Shown: positions 49,586 to 60,799 of the stretch, piece by piece
Numbering within the stretch: the stretch's first letter is position 1
Layout of the letters: each line of letters starts with the position of its first letter
Assembly (NCBI RefSeq): GCF_004010195.1
Contig: NC_057711.1
Location: forward strand, 81,655,238-81,719,237
DNA: 64,000 nucleotides
DNA from: Chiloscyllium plagiosum
Lineage: Eukaryota
Reading direction: 5' to 3'
Translations under genes and position numbers: made by a program
Notes under the pieces: generated by a model
Database searches by the model: none
The model's input: only the letters and a program-made list of their open reading frames with translations
Told to the model about the DNA's origin: nothing

Positions 49586-49804
49586 AAGGCAAAAGTGAGG
49601 ACTGCAGATGCTGGAGATCAGAGTCTAGATTAGAGTGGTGCTGGAAAAGTACAGCCAGTCAGGTAGCATCCGAGGAGCAGAAAATCGGAGTTTAGGGCAA
49701 CAGCCCTTCATCAGGAATGAAGGCCTTCATTCTGATGAAGGGCTTTTGCTCGAAACATCTGTTTTCCTGCTCATCGGATGCTGCCTGACATGCTGTTCTT
49801 TTCC
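49586..49804. mobile_element. Family-A fold-back element
   Basis: Inverted arms around the palindromic centre GAATGAAGGCCTTCATTC; 13-bp TSD ACATCCAAGGTAC at 49573-49585 and 49805-49817. Confidence 0.87.
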
Positions 49805-50449
49805 ACATCCAAGGTACTGCACAAAGATTACTATAGGGTGTACGGGTAACATATTAGCATTGACGAAGGTTTAGCTAACTAACAGGATGCAAAGAGTAGG
49901 GAAAATAGTTATTTTTTACAGGATGGTAACTAGTGAGATGGCAGAGGGCCAACTAATAACAATCTATCTCAATGAGTTTGATGAATGGGTAAATGTATGG
50001 TAGTGAAATTGACCAGTAACACCAAGATATGTAGGAAAGAAAGTTGTCAAGATTAAGTCGAGAGTCTGCCAAGGAATAAGGACAAATTAAGCGAGTGAGT
50101 AAAAGAACTAAAAGCAAAACAAAACTGGAAATCACAACAAGTTGAGCAGCATCCATGGAGAGAAAGCAAGCTCATATTTCGAGTTTAAATGATTCTTCAT
50201 CAAAATTGCAGATAGAGTATAATGTGGAAAAACGTGAATTCGCCAACTTTGGCAGGAAGGTTAGAAAAGCAGTGTAACATTTAAATGGTCCCTATAGTCC
50301 TATGTGGAGCAGTTCTCATTTAAATTGATCATAACTGTCATTACTGAGTCTATTGTTTCACTGTTGTGAGTGCCACCTGAAGAATCAGAAAACATTCACT
50401 TCTGTGATGTCTCAGCAGGACCAAAGGCCTGGAAAGTGGTACCAGAGGA

Positions 50450-50645
50450 AGACAACCCTTCAGTTTTCAGCTGTGGACCTGGAGATGATGCTGTGAAACA
50501 TAAGGGAAGGCCCCTTCCCAGAAGAACATGGCAGGAAGACACAAAGAATGGACAGGCGTGGATGGTCATCACTACCACAATCAGCAGAAGCAGGGTGGTC
50601 AGAAGAATTTAGATCTTATGGAGGAAATGTTTCAAAAATCTGAAA
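50450..50645 (+). pseudogene. Decayed Myb/SANT-like ORF of a Harbinger/PIF transposon
   Basis: Frameshifted QFSAVDLEMML...QAWMVITTTISRSRVVRRI*ILWRKCFKNL, resembling RFS..DLE.LL...AW..IA..VS...R...QCRK.F.DL. Confidence 0.5.
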
Positions 50646-50959
50646 CACTCCAGCAATGTAAGTGCTACCCCCATGCCCTCAGAAAAGATATTTACCCTCT
50701 AACAGACATCTGAGGAACCTCCGGATGTAATGTGAACATGCGATGATTATGTTTGCAGGGCACTTACTTACCCTCAAAGACAAAGTGTTATTGAGAACCT
50801 GCCAGGACTGAAAAAATGTAACCTTCAGTGAGTTGGTGCAGCTGTTACTGGCCACGGAGGGCAGCAGTGCTTTCTCACAGTCATTTTTGCCTTTTGAGCA
50901 GAATGTTGAAGGGAGTGCAAAGAGAGATGGATTGGTCCCCTACTTTCACATTGTCAGAA

Positions 50960-51770
50960 ATGGAGGTGCAGGTGTGGACTGGGGTGGACAAAGTCAGAAG
51001 TCACATGACACCAAGTTACAGTCCAACAGGTTTATTTGAAAGCACAAACTTTGGGAGCACTACTCCATCAGGTGAAGTAGAGGGAAGTGCACAAGTACAG
51101 AATTTACATGCAGAGAGATAATGGCAAGATGATTCCAGGTAATTAGGAGTGTCAAAAGATAGTGCAATTGGAGTATCGACAGGCTGAATAACAAAAACAA
51201 CTCCGTGGGCGGCACGGTGGCACAGTGGTTAGCACTGCTGCCTCACAGCACCAGAGACCCGGGTTCAATTCCCGCCTCAGGCGACTGACTGTGTGGAGTT
51301 TGCACATTCTCCCCATGTCTGCGTGGGTTTCCTCCAGGTGCTCTGGTTTCCTCCCACAGTCCAAAGATGTCAAGGTCAGGTGAATTGGCCATGCTAAATT
51401 GCCCGTAGTGTTAGGTAAGGGGTAAATGTAGGGGTATGGGTGGGTTGCGCTTCGGCGGGTCGGTGTGGACTTGTTGGGCTGAAGGGCCTGTTTCCACACT
51501 GTAAACAATCTAATCTAATCTAATCTAACTCTTTGCAGATGATCAAAAGTATCAAATGGTGTGAGTAAAGTGTCAACAGCTGAATAACAAGTGAAGGAAT
51601 GTGATATATGATCCAAATAATTAAAGCTCTGCCTTATCTTGCAATTATCTCTCTGCATTTAAATTCTGTGACTTCCCTCCACTTCACCTGACAAAGGAGC
51701 GTTGCTCCGAAAGCTTGTGATTTCAAATAAACCAGTTAAATTATAACCTGGTGCTGTGTGACTTCTGACT
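50960..51770. mobile_element. Family-C Penelope-derived inverted-repeat element hosting an HE1 SINE
   Basis: Arms about 50992-51132 and 51635-51770; tail on the left; CACCTGACAAAGGAGCGTTGCTCCGAAAGCTTGTG (decayed core); imperfect TSD CA(C/G)ATT(G/A)TCAGA. Confidence 0.82.
51207..51528 (+). mobile_element. HE1 SINE full-length, young
   Basis: GGGCGGCACGGTGGCACAGTGGTTAGC head with retained CpGs; (AATCT)n tail. Confidence 0.93.
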
Positions 51771-52184
51771 CAGATTATCAGAGTGATAGAAGTAGCTAAG
51801 ATTGCAGATCATGTGGAAGTCAGATCTGGTGATGGGAACTGACAGTAGAGATGGTGATTACAGAGTGCTCGTTAAGAGGAGCATTGCATTCCATTCTTTC
51901 TAAAATCATGCAAAGCACTCGGTTGCATTAGGAAGCTCTGGCACTGTAGAGAATTCAGTTCACCAAAGTTAGGTTTTGTGATATCTTCCAGTAAGTATTC
52001 CACCCAAAGCAACTTTATTCCTCTCTCTCTCCACCACTAATCAAAGATGACCAGCAAAGATTTGAAAAACTCGTCACACCTGCCAAGGGCACCTTCCACC
52101 AGTGAGAATATAGCTACCTCAATTGGCCCTCACACAGGTATAGACAAAGTGACTCTAGTAAGGAAAATGGAACTGGTGGAGATT

Positions 52185-52620
52185 ATAGAATCACACAGTT
52201 ACAGAAGAGGCCCTTCAGCCCATCAAAACCATCAAAAAAATCTCACTATCGACAGTAGTCTCACTTTCCTGTACTAGGTCCATAGCCTTAAATGTTATGA
52301 CACTTTAAGTGCTCATCTGAGTACTTTATTAAGGTTGTGAAGTTTCCCTCCTGAAGTATTCCCCCCGACCATGCATTCCAGACCCCCATGCTGGGTGAGA
52401 AAGATCTTCCTCAAATCCTCTCTAAATGTCTTGCCTTTCACTTCAACATTATGTCCTCTTGATGTTGACTCTTCAACTAAGGGGAACAGCTGCTTTCTAA
52501 TCATCCTGTCCATGCCCCCATAACTCTCTATTAGGACCCCTTCAACCATTTTTGCTTCAAAGAAAACAACTTGAGCTTATCCAACCTCATAGATGAAATG
52601 CTCCATTCCATCCAATGTCT
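52185..52620 (-). mobile_element. CR1 LINE 3' end
   Basis: Minus-strand remnant LFPLVEESTSRGHNVEVKGKTFREDLRKIFLTQ. Confidence 0.8.
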
Positions 52621-53750
52621 TGCAGTAGTCACAGAGCAGCTGCACTTTGAGGAAGTGGAAGAGTTTCCTGTGCCTTGATATCCACAAGGGTACAACCAAT
52701 GTTGCCTTGCACTTGAAGGAAATCCAGTGATAATGCTGAAATTTCTGCTTTTTGTGTCTGTGAAGCTGTGTGTGTTATAAAAGGGATGTATTGTCCAGTT
52801 CTGGGGTAAAGAGGGCAGGCTGTTAGGATACTCACCAGGTATTGGAAGTGGTCAATATTCTCTAAGGCCTGAGGAAAAGGGTTTCAGGTCAACACCAACC
52901 CTGTGGTTGGTGGCTCTGAGATATGGACTGTCTACAGCAGATCCCTCAAGGCACTAAAGCAATACCACCAATGCTGCCTGTGCAAGAACCTGTGAATCCG
53001 CTGGGAAGAAAGATGCACCACACCAGCATCCTGAACCAGGCCAACATCCCTACCACCCTTGATTGGTTGCGATGGGCTGGGCACATCATCCACATGACCA
53101 ACATGTGACCCCCCCACCCCCAAGCAGTTGCTGCCCTCCCAGCTTCAAAACAGCAGGCAAGCCTCAGGTGGAGAGAGGAAATGCTTCAGTGATACCCTTG
53201 ATGCCTCACTGGTGAAGTGGGAATTACTGGTCCAAGACCATCCAAAGTGGTGGAGGAGCATCCGGGAAGGCATTGAGCATCTTGAGACTTGCCAGCGGGA
53301 AAAAGCGGAAGCCAGGCGACAACAGCAAAAGGAACGTGATACCATACCAATGCACCACCATCTGCCCCAAGTGTAACAGAGCCTGTGGTAGCCGCATTTG
53401 TCTACGTAGCCACTACAGACTCACCCCGAGAGTGAAAAAGAGTCATTCTCATCTGCGAGGGATCACTAATGAAAAAGAGGGCATCATTGAGACTATGAGA
53501 TATAGTGGCACACAGTACATTGTGAGATACCTCCAAAATCCCAATTGATCCTTGAAAGAGCTAAAAGTGAAAACGTTTAAGACCATAATGGTTCTAACAG
53601 CTACAGGAAGGGCATCTTGACCAGTGCTGCAAGATGTGAGTTCTTCAGTGAAAACAGCTCAGATGTCTATGACCATCTGCCTTGACAGTTGTAGTCTCCT
53701 TCAGCACTAGTCATTTGCAAATAGTTGCACTGGTAGATCATACATGTCCT
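52620..53750 (-). pseudogene. Decayed Harbinger/PIF (HARBI1-like) DDE transposase, interrupted by an RTE LINE
   Basis: Minus-strand remnants NYLQMT...RRLQLSRQMVIDI...ALPVAVRTIMVLNVF...GISQ (about 53500-53740), then QVQGNIGCTLVDIKA...FHFLKVQLLCD (52625-52730), matching GAIDCTHV.IKAP...FHSLNVQLVCD. Confidence 0.65.
52925..53470 (+). mobile_element. RTE-clade LINE 3' fragment
   Basis: LDWLRWAGHIIHM...KQLL...GGERKCFSDTLDASL...WELLVQDHPKWWRSI, then a CPKCNRAC..RICL.SH zinc-finger-like end. Confidence 0.8.
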
Positions 53751-54157
53751 TCCTGCCCTGGTTCTCTCATCTGATCTCTTAAAACCTGGAGCTTTGTCCT
53801 TCCTATTGCCTCTCATTCCCATGCTGTCCAAGATCTCAGAATTGCTCCACCCTAGTAATCGGGTAACCACCCAACTGCCTTTGGTTGTCTTCCCCCTACT
53901 CTTATGGTCCCATAATGTGGAAGAGTCACAATCTTCTACACAGCCTGATTCTGTTTGTCCACTCTACCCAACATTTTTGCATGCCAAGGGTGCTGGTCAT
54001 CACTTGGGTAATGGCCAAGTTTACGGGGCACAAGCCATCACCAGTCCTCCATTGTGTATCTACTTCCTTTAATCTGGACAGCACCAGGCAGTGTCATTGC
54101 AAAAGAAACACAGTACCCCCCATTTGTGAGCATTGGCTCAAGTCCTTAGCCAGTTAA

Positions 54158-54388
54158 CCAAAAGAGAAAATGTTGGAAAATCTCAGCAGGTCTGGCAGCA
54201 TCTGTAAAGAGAGAAAAGAGCTGACATTTCGAGTCTAACTGACCCTTTGTCAAAGCTTTGACAAAGTGTCAGTTAGACTCGAAATGTCAGCTCTATTCTC
54301 TCCTTACAGATGCTGCCAGACCTGCTGAGATTTTCCAGCATTTTCTCTTTTGGTTTCAGATTCCAGCATCCACAGTAATTTGCTTTTA
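54158..54388. mobile_element. Loop-less palindromic Penelope-derived element (family D)
   Basis: 100-bp arms (54156-54255 and 54256-54355, 4 mismatches) plus 33-nt tail; perfect 15-bp TSD TCCTTAGCCAGTTAA at 54143-54157 and 54389-54403. Confidence 0.9.
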
Positions 54389-54864
54389 TCCTTAGCCAGT
54401 TAAAATGGCCTTAATCTGGGATTGAGAGGCTGCCCAATGCCCACCTACTATGAAAATAACCAGCTTCAGGAGTGGCATTGAGAAACTGGCATTCCACCCA
54501 TCACTGGTATTTTAGATTTCCATTCATCTGCATTCCCACCTTTGACGTGATAACTCTCCTTATCCTTAAATTCCCCCAGATTGGATGACATGATATGTGT
54601 GGCACAAAATCTGTCACCTTTCTGTCTCTTCCAATAGTTTAAAATACCTATTACAGTTTTCAATTTACTGTCTCTTGTTTTCCATGCCATGACCTTCATG
54701 GAATTTTTACTTTCCCCATTCGTTTTTCTCATCAATCCACTATGACTTTTTCCCTCTTCCCACTCTCTGCCACTCATACTTTTTTAAAAAAATTATACAC
54801 CATCTCATTCCCATTTTCACTGCCATTCCTTCTTTCAGACATATGCAACTTCCATTTTTGAGCT

Positions 54865-54962
54865 TCTTCTGAAGAAGGGTCACTGGACCTGAAATGTTAA
54901 CTCTTATTTCTCTCCATGGATGTTGCCAGACCTGCTGAGATCTTCCAGCAATATCCGTTCTG
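54865..54962 (+). mobile_element. Solo family-D-like Penelope-tail element
   Basis: CTGAAGAAGGGTCACTGGACCTGAAATGTTAAC...GATGTTGCCAGACCTGCTGAG. Related older copies at about 40870-41010, 50105-50200 and 56930-57030. Confidence 0.7.
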
Positions 54963-56187
54963 TTCCCATTCTGCTATCATGGTTCAAAAATAAAACTAAT
55001 TGATTTTTTTAAAAATCATGCTTCATGTCTGGATCTATTTCTGATCTTTATTTCTCTTTTGAAAAGAAAGAACAAGTTGTTACTGCTGCATTCCTTTCAA
55101 TGTTGACATTTGTTTGAAAACTTCATTTTGTGCGAAGATTTCTCAAACTGGGTTGATGTATTAAGGCCAAAAGAACATTGTATACAATAGTCAATAGACA
55201 ATCAGTGAAAAACAAAATCACATGGAGCGTAGATCAAATTGATTTGCAACATCAAAAACACCAAAGACTAATTTCAATTCTGTTTATTTATATTTACAGT
55301 CACTGATGAATGGGTTATATGATCTACAAAATTATGCTTTCAGAATGGAGAAGTATCTCATTTGTTTCACCAGTCACACATGGGTGAAATTAAACACATT
55401 TTTGGATATTTTCAAACAGGCTATCTTAACCAAACTCATTTTAATCACCCAACATTGTTTGTTCCATGTTGCATGTTTCAGAGTTACAGCATTTACAGTT
55501 TGTTGCTTTTCATTTCCAGAAGCAATTTGAGGCTGTAAACCTTCTCAATGCACAGGGCACATATTACTTACAATGCAATAACGGCTTAGATAGTCAACTC
55601 CATCCACTTACATATAAACACAACTTTCAAATTATAGTGCAAATTTAATAAAAAGTCAGTGGATAACTTCATCCATGGAGTTATCCTAAACTGTACTGAT
55701 CAGAATGATCATAGGCTTGAAATCCATCTATTCTTATTCAGTCCATCTTGGATGGCAAGATAATGAAGGAATTCCTGCTCACCAGGCTGGAAAAAAGAAA
55801 TATCACCTAGGATTTACATTTCTGATCACAATATAGTGTGTTATGCACGTGTCTGAGTATTTAATGAGGGCAGCTATGACTGAGCATTGTTGAATAGTTT
55901 AATGTATCTCATGACAAAATGGGACAAGAATGGTCTTTCAGAAGAAGTAGTAGTGAGTTGCCAAGAACTACAGATTTATACTCTAACATAAGTAACATAA
56001 GAAGACGGAGAGTTAAAAAAAAGACAAGAAAAGGAAAGAGTGTTTTTTTAATCACTACAACCTAACATTTTGGCAGTATAGAGTCATTCGAAGATTCATA
56101 CACAGCATTACCCTCCGCAGTGATGTATCAGTAGTTAAGATTAAAAATATCTAGTGAAGAATCACAGACCAAAAATATATTTTTTAA

Positions 56188-56512
56188 ACTAATTCATAAG
56201 ACATAGGTGTCACTGACTAAGCCAGCATTAATTACCTGTCCCTAATTGCCCTGAGTCCAGTTAAGAGTCAATCACATTGCTGTGGATCTGGAGGCATACA
56301 TCGGCCAGACCAGGTAAGGACATTAGTGAACCCATTAGGGAATGACAGATGTGTTTTTCTGAATATTGACAATGATTTCATGACTTCATTAAACCCTTGA
56401 TTCAGATTTTTATTGAACTCAGATTCCACCATCTGTCATGGTGGAATTTGAACCTGGGTCTACAGAACAGTAGCTCGATCATTAGTCCAGCAATAACAAC
56501 ACAAGGTCATCC
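56188..56512 (-). mobile_element. tRNA-derived SINE (second family)
   Basis: Reverse complement homologous to 1170-1497. Confidence 0.72.
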
Positions 56513-57489
56513 TATCCCTATGATAGTAATAGTGCCTTCTTTTCTCCACAGTAACTGCAAGGCTTCAAGAATATTCTGTTTCAATGATGGCTTTTCAGTA
56601 TCTGCAGTATTTTGCAACTTTGGGATGATAAATGATAAGAAAGATCTGGTCAATGCAAGTTTCAGACAATGGCCATCTCCATTCCTTTCTGATGTCTAAT
56701 GGCATTACCATCTCTGAATCAGATGATGGGGATTTTATAGTTCAGACACTTCACTAAACCAGCCATATAAATACTATATGGTTGCAAGACCAGGTCAGAG
56801 AATGGAACAAATAACTCATCTACTGACTCCCCAGATGCTATCTACCATCTACAATGGACCAGTCAGAAGTGTAATGGAATACTTTCATGAGTGCAACTCC
56901 AGACAGACAGAAGTCAATACTACAGATCCTAGACACCGGAAATAAAAACAGAACATGTTGGAAATATTCAGGTTACTCTGTAGAGCAAAACAGAGCTATT
57001 ATTTCAAATTGCTGACCTTTCAACAGAATTGAAATGTAACATTTCCAAAATTTTCAGTTTTTGTTTCATCCACACTCAAGACATTAATATCGTCCATGGT
57101 AAAAGAGCCTCCTTGATCAACACCCCAAACATTATTGTCAACATTCACTCCTTGCAGCACCAACACAGCAGCAGCAGTGTGTATGACCTACAAGGTACAC
57201 TTTTATCAACTTGGTTCTCCCTAACAGTATTGTGGTACAGCTTCAAGAAGATAGATCACCACATGTCACAAGGGTATGGAGAGAAAGCAAATGCTGGCCC
57301 GACCCAGCAATGCTGTCATCCAAGCACAAATTTTCAAAAAAGCAAGTTATTGAAGATAGCAGGGCTGGTTGAGAAAGGGTTACAAGTACCAAAATTTGCC
57401 AATGGTAACAAATTATGGAAGGCAGATGGTGAGGATATCAACCCACTGCAGCAGGGATAAATAGGCCAGCAGAATGGGCTGATTAGTGA

Positions 57490-57895
57490 CTCCTGAGACA
57501 ACCCAACTCACCACTCACTGACCTAACCAGCCCCTATGAACAAACACCAATACCTACACTTCCTAATTACTCCTGAATCAACCTGACTGGTTTCCAACCC
57601 AACATTACTTCCCTCCTGACCTAACCATTGATCCACCTGCCACCCTTCCCATCTGCCAACCCAACCAATCCACCTGTCTCCCTTATCCACCATACCTTCT
57701 TACTCACCTGAAGTACCCACCCTACTTCCTTATTCACCAATTATATCGCCCTATATTTTACTCACTTACCTCATACAATCTTCCCCCTCATCCAACTTTA
57801 CCTAACCTAACCACCTTACCCACTTTCCTTACCCGTGCTATTTCCTTACTTACCCTTTACCCTTTACAATCCTATCCACTTACACATTTTACCTT
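57490..57895. repeat. Strand-asymmetric C/T/A-rich low-complexity tract
   Basis: Degenerate units (CCTAACC, ACTCACC, CTTACC, ATCCACC); almost no G on the + strand. Confidence 0.75.
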
Positions 57896-58164
57896 CTCGC
57901 TGTAGCTTTTCAAAGCAGCTTTGGGACATTTAAACTCCTTACTTTCCAGAAGAATACTGGAGATGGTATTGTTAAAATAGGCTGGTGGCTTCTGCATTGA
58001 TTTTCTGCTGTGCTTGCTCTAAGGATCCTGCTGTGAATCAATTCTGAAAGATCCTCCATCAGAGGATTGCGACGAAAAATTGGATCAAGATAAGTGTACA
58101 CTTTTTGTCTGATCAGGATGGGAAATAGGATTCTGTTCAATAGATTTGGACCACTGAATATTAG

Positions 58165-58620
58165 ATCATGGGCTTCATAAATAGAGACATTGAATATGAA
58201 AAGAGGGTGCTAAACTTTGATGAAGCTCTGATTAGGCCACAATTAGAATATCCCATCCGATCACCACAGCTTAGGAAGAATATAAGACTTTGAGAAAGTG
58301 GAAAGGAAATTTATCACAATTCTAGGTACAAGACTGGGATAGAAAATCTGGGGACTTCCACCTTGGAACAAAGGAGATTGAGGGAAGATTTAAAAGAAGT
58401 GTGATAAGGTTAGATAAAGTGGACAAAGAAAAGCTGGCTTTGTTAGCGGATGGTACAAATACTAAAGGTATAGATGTAAGGTTTTCGGCAAGAAATGAAT
58501 TGAAATGTGAGGAAGGCTGTGTTAACACAGCAAGTAGCAATGACCTGGAACTCGTTGCCTACAGGGGTGCTTGAAGCAGAGACAATCGATGATTGGATGA
58601 ATTGTTGAATGATATTGTTC
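58165..58620 (+). mobile_element. CR1 LINE 3' fragment (upstream part at about 57380-57485)
   Basis: AAACTTTGATGAAGCTCTGATTAGGCCACAATTAGAATA (LY..L.RP.LEY type) and RRLREDLKEV motifs. Confidence 0.7.
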
Positions 58621-59329
58621 CCTATGGAGCTCATTAAAAGAAAGGGACTTTAAGGCACTCGTACATCAATCTCTCTGGAAGTTGGAAGTTAGGATATAAA
58701 GCTGTCAAGCCGAAGTGTCATAACATGTCCAAACGGTTCATTAAAAGTATTTACAATTGTGGAGATTGTTGCAGAACATGCCACTATTTTATCCTCTACT
58801 TCTTATTCATCATCCACTCTCCGACCTTGTCCTTCTCCCTTTCCCAAGCACTCTGTAGTTTTATTCAAGAGGATACAGATAATGGGAGGCATAAGCAACA
58901 CAGCAAAGGCAGAGGATGCAGATATAGAATAAAAAAATTGTTTTATTTATCAGCTTTTACGATCTCTGGATGATTTAAGGCACTTTACAATCAATGTATT
59001 ACCTCTGGAGTTATGAGGTTCAGGATCACAGCACCAAGTTGCAATTAGATACTACAATCCAATCCAATTGCCCCACAAACAGAATGTCTCTTACAGTCTT
59101 CTCTGCTTCCAGGAAAGGCAGCATCATTTCATCAGCATCTGTATCTTCAATGTAGAGGACACACAAACTTGCAGAAAAATTTAGCATGTATTTCTTACTC
59201 CAAATCAAATCATCAGCCTTACCAACATGAATTTAATGGCCTGAATCAGTCAAGTACATTGTTCAATTCATAACAAGATTGAAAAACACAGTTGCAACTG
59301 CAGTTTATTTCAGTTAAACATGGGTCTAA

Positions 59330-60120
59330 TTATGAAGATCCAGAACCTAGTGAATGTAAAACCATCAAAACTGAGCCAAATTGATGAGATGAGATAGAAT
59401 AGTGATAAATTATTAATGTCCATTCAGTAAGTGATTCAGGACAGTCTGATAAGATACAACAGGCACAGCCAGCAGCAAGGCAGTACTGGTCATTCAGAGA
59501 TGGCATCTCATCAAAAGTTGGCATTTTGCTCACTGGATCCTGAATGATCCATACCCAAAACAATGAAAGTAGAACTTCTCCAGAAGATACATTAAAACTA
59601 TGTTGGAATGGAGAAATGTATCTCAGGACCAGTACAGCTGGGTACTGGGTACTTGTGGTATCTACAAAGATTGTGAAAAAATGATGTCTATGTGCAATAT
59701 ATGCCAGGAGTACAGAAATACACAGCAGAAAGAGATGACAGCACTGAAATAGGAGTCAACACACTATCACGAATGGTATCCTAACATTACTCAAAGTTCT
59801 GTTTAGTTGAAAGCTTTAACAGCTACAACTATCAACTTATTAGTAATGACTTCTATTTGTCGAGAAAGGGATTTCCTAAAGAGTTATATGCAGCAATTTG
59901 TTTCCACAGAAGTTAAAGGATTCACTGAAGACTATGAATTTAAAATTATCGCCTCATCACAACGGTACACAAATGAATATGGTTTCATAGAAATAAACAG
60001 CTAATTGGTCAAGAGAAACCTCATGAAATGCCAACCTTATTCTCATTCCAATCTGCATGTCTCAAGCCTGCATGAAATTACCTGCAGAGCTGGTGACTGG
60101 AAGAAAGAATAAGGCAATTC
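59330..60120 (+). mobile_element. Gypsy-type LTR retrotransposon pol relic (integrase region)
   Basis: Frameshifted QYWSFRDGISSKVGILLTGS...IPKTMKVELLQKIH*NYVGMEKC...YW...CNICQ (HHCC region) and FKIIASSQRYTNEYGFIE (TSSP.YPQSNGF.E type). Confidence 0.7.
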
Positions 60121-60799
60121 TACCAATTAAGGTACTTGCTCCAAGTGGTCAGGAGGAAGTAAGACCACAACATGCTGATTTAAAGGAAGTTAATATTTGA
60201 ATAAACACACTAACTCCCTGTTTGAGCTGTTAAAAGAGGAAATTTGGGCATGTATAGGACTATACTCAAAATATGAGGGAAGAAGGCAGATCCTCCCCAA
60301 GGTCCCTAGACAACCCTGAAAAATCCACTCAGAGGCATAACCTCTGAGGAATACGTGAGGAGATGCTCCTCCAATCATAGGCTAATTTATTAATGTGTGC
60401 ATTATTGATAAGCTCACAATGAACCTATCAGCATCAAATGTGAGAGAGAATCAGCCTAAGGTTGGCAGACTGACATGAGTTAATAAGGCCAGAGGAAGCA
60501 GGAATGGGAAGTGAAGTAGCTGGGCTGGGGAGCAAGGCTAGTTGTTGGGGGTTTTGATGAAGTCTACTTTTATATTTGTGTGAGTCCAGATCCCCTATAA
60601 ACCAACACAAACACAGAATTTACTGTTGCTAAGTGACTGCATCACCTAATGAAAGGGTTAGTGAGGCTGAAAAAGTCACCCTGAAAATCAAAACGTAGCT
60701 TTAGAAAAATCTCCAGAGGAGCCATCACAAAAAAAATGTTTTGAGTCCTGGTGTAGCATCCAATCATGAAAACCTAGAAGCCAGTAGAAGTTAATAGTC

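Larger units (their letters stand above)
47800..50290 (+). mobile_element. Highly degenerate CR1 ORF2 (endonuclease to RT) with several nested insertions
   Basis: ATAATTATGGGTGACTTTAAT (IIMGDFN) and ILDLII motifs; nested antisense CR1 3' end at about 48510-48990 and family-A elements. Confidence 0.65.

Noticed and set aside
54156..54355. Fold-back elements as DNA-transposon MITEs or miRNA genes
   Set aside because: Long variable-sequence TSDs, one-sided tails, hammerhead motifs and linkage to GIY-YIG relics point to Penelope origin; the sequence alone gives no evidence of miRNA processing.
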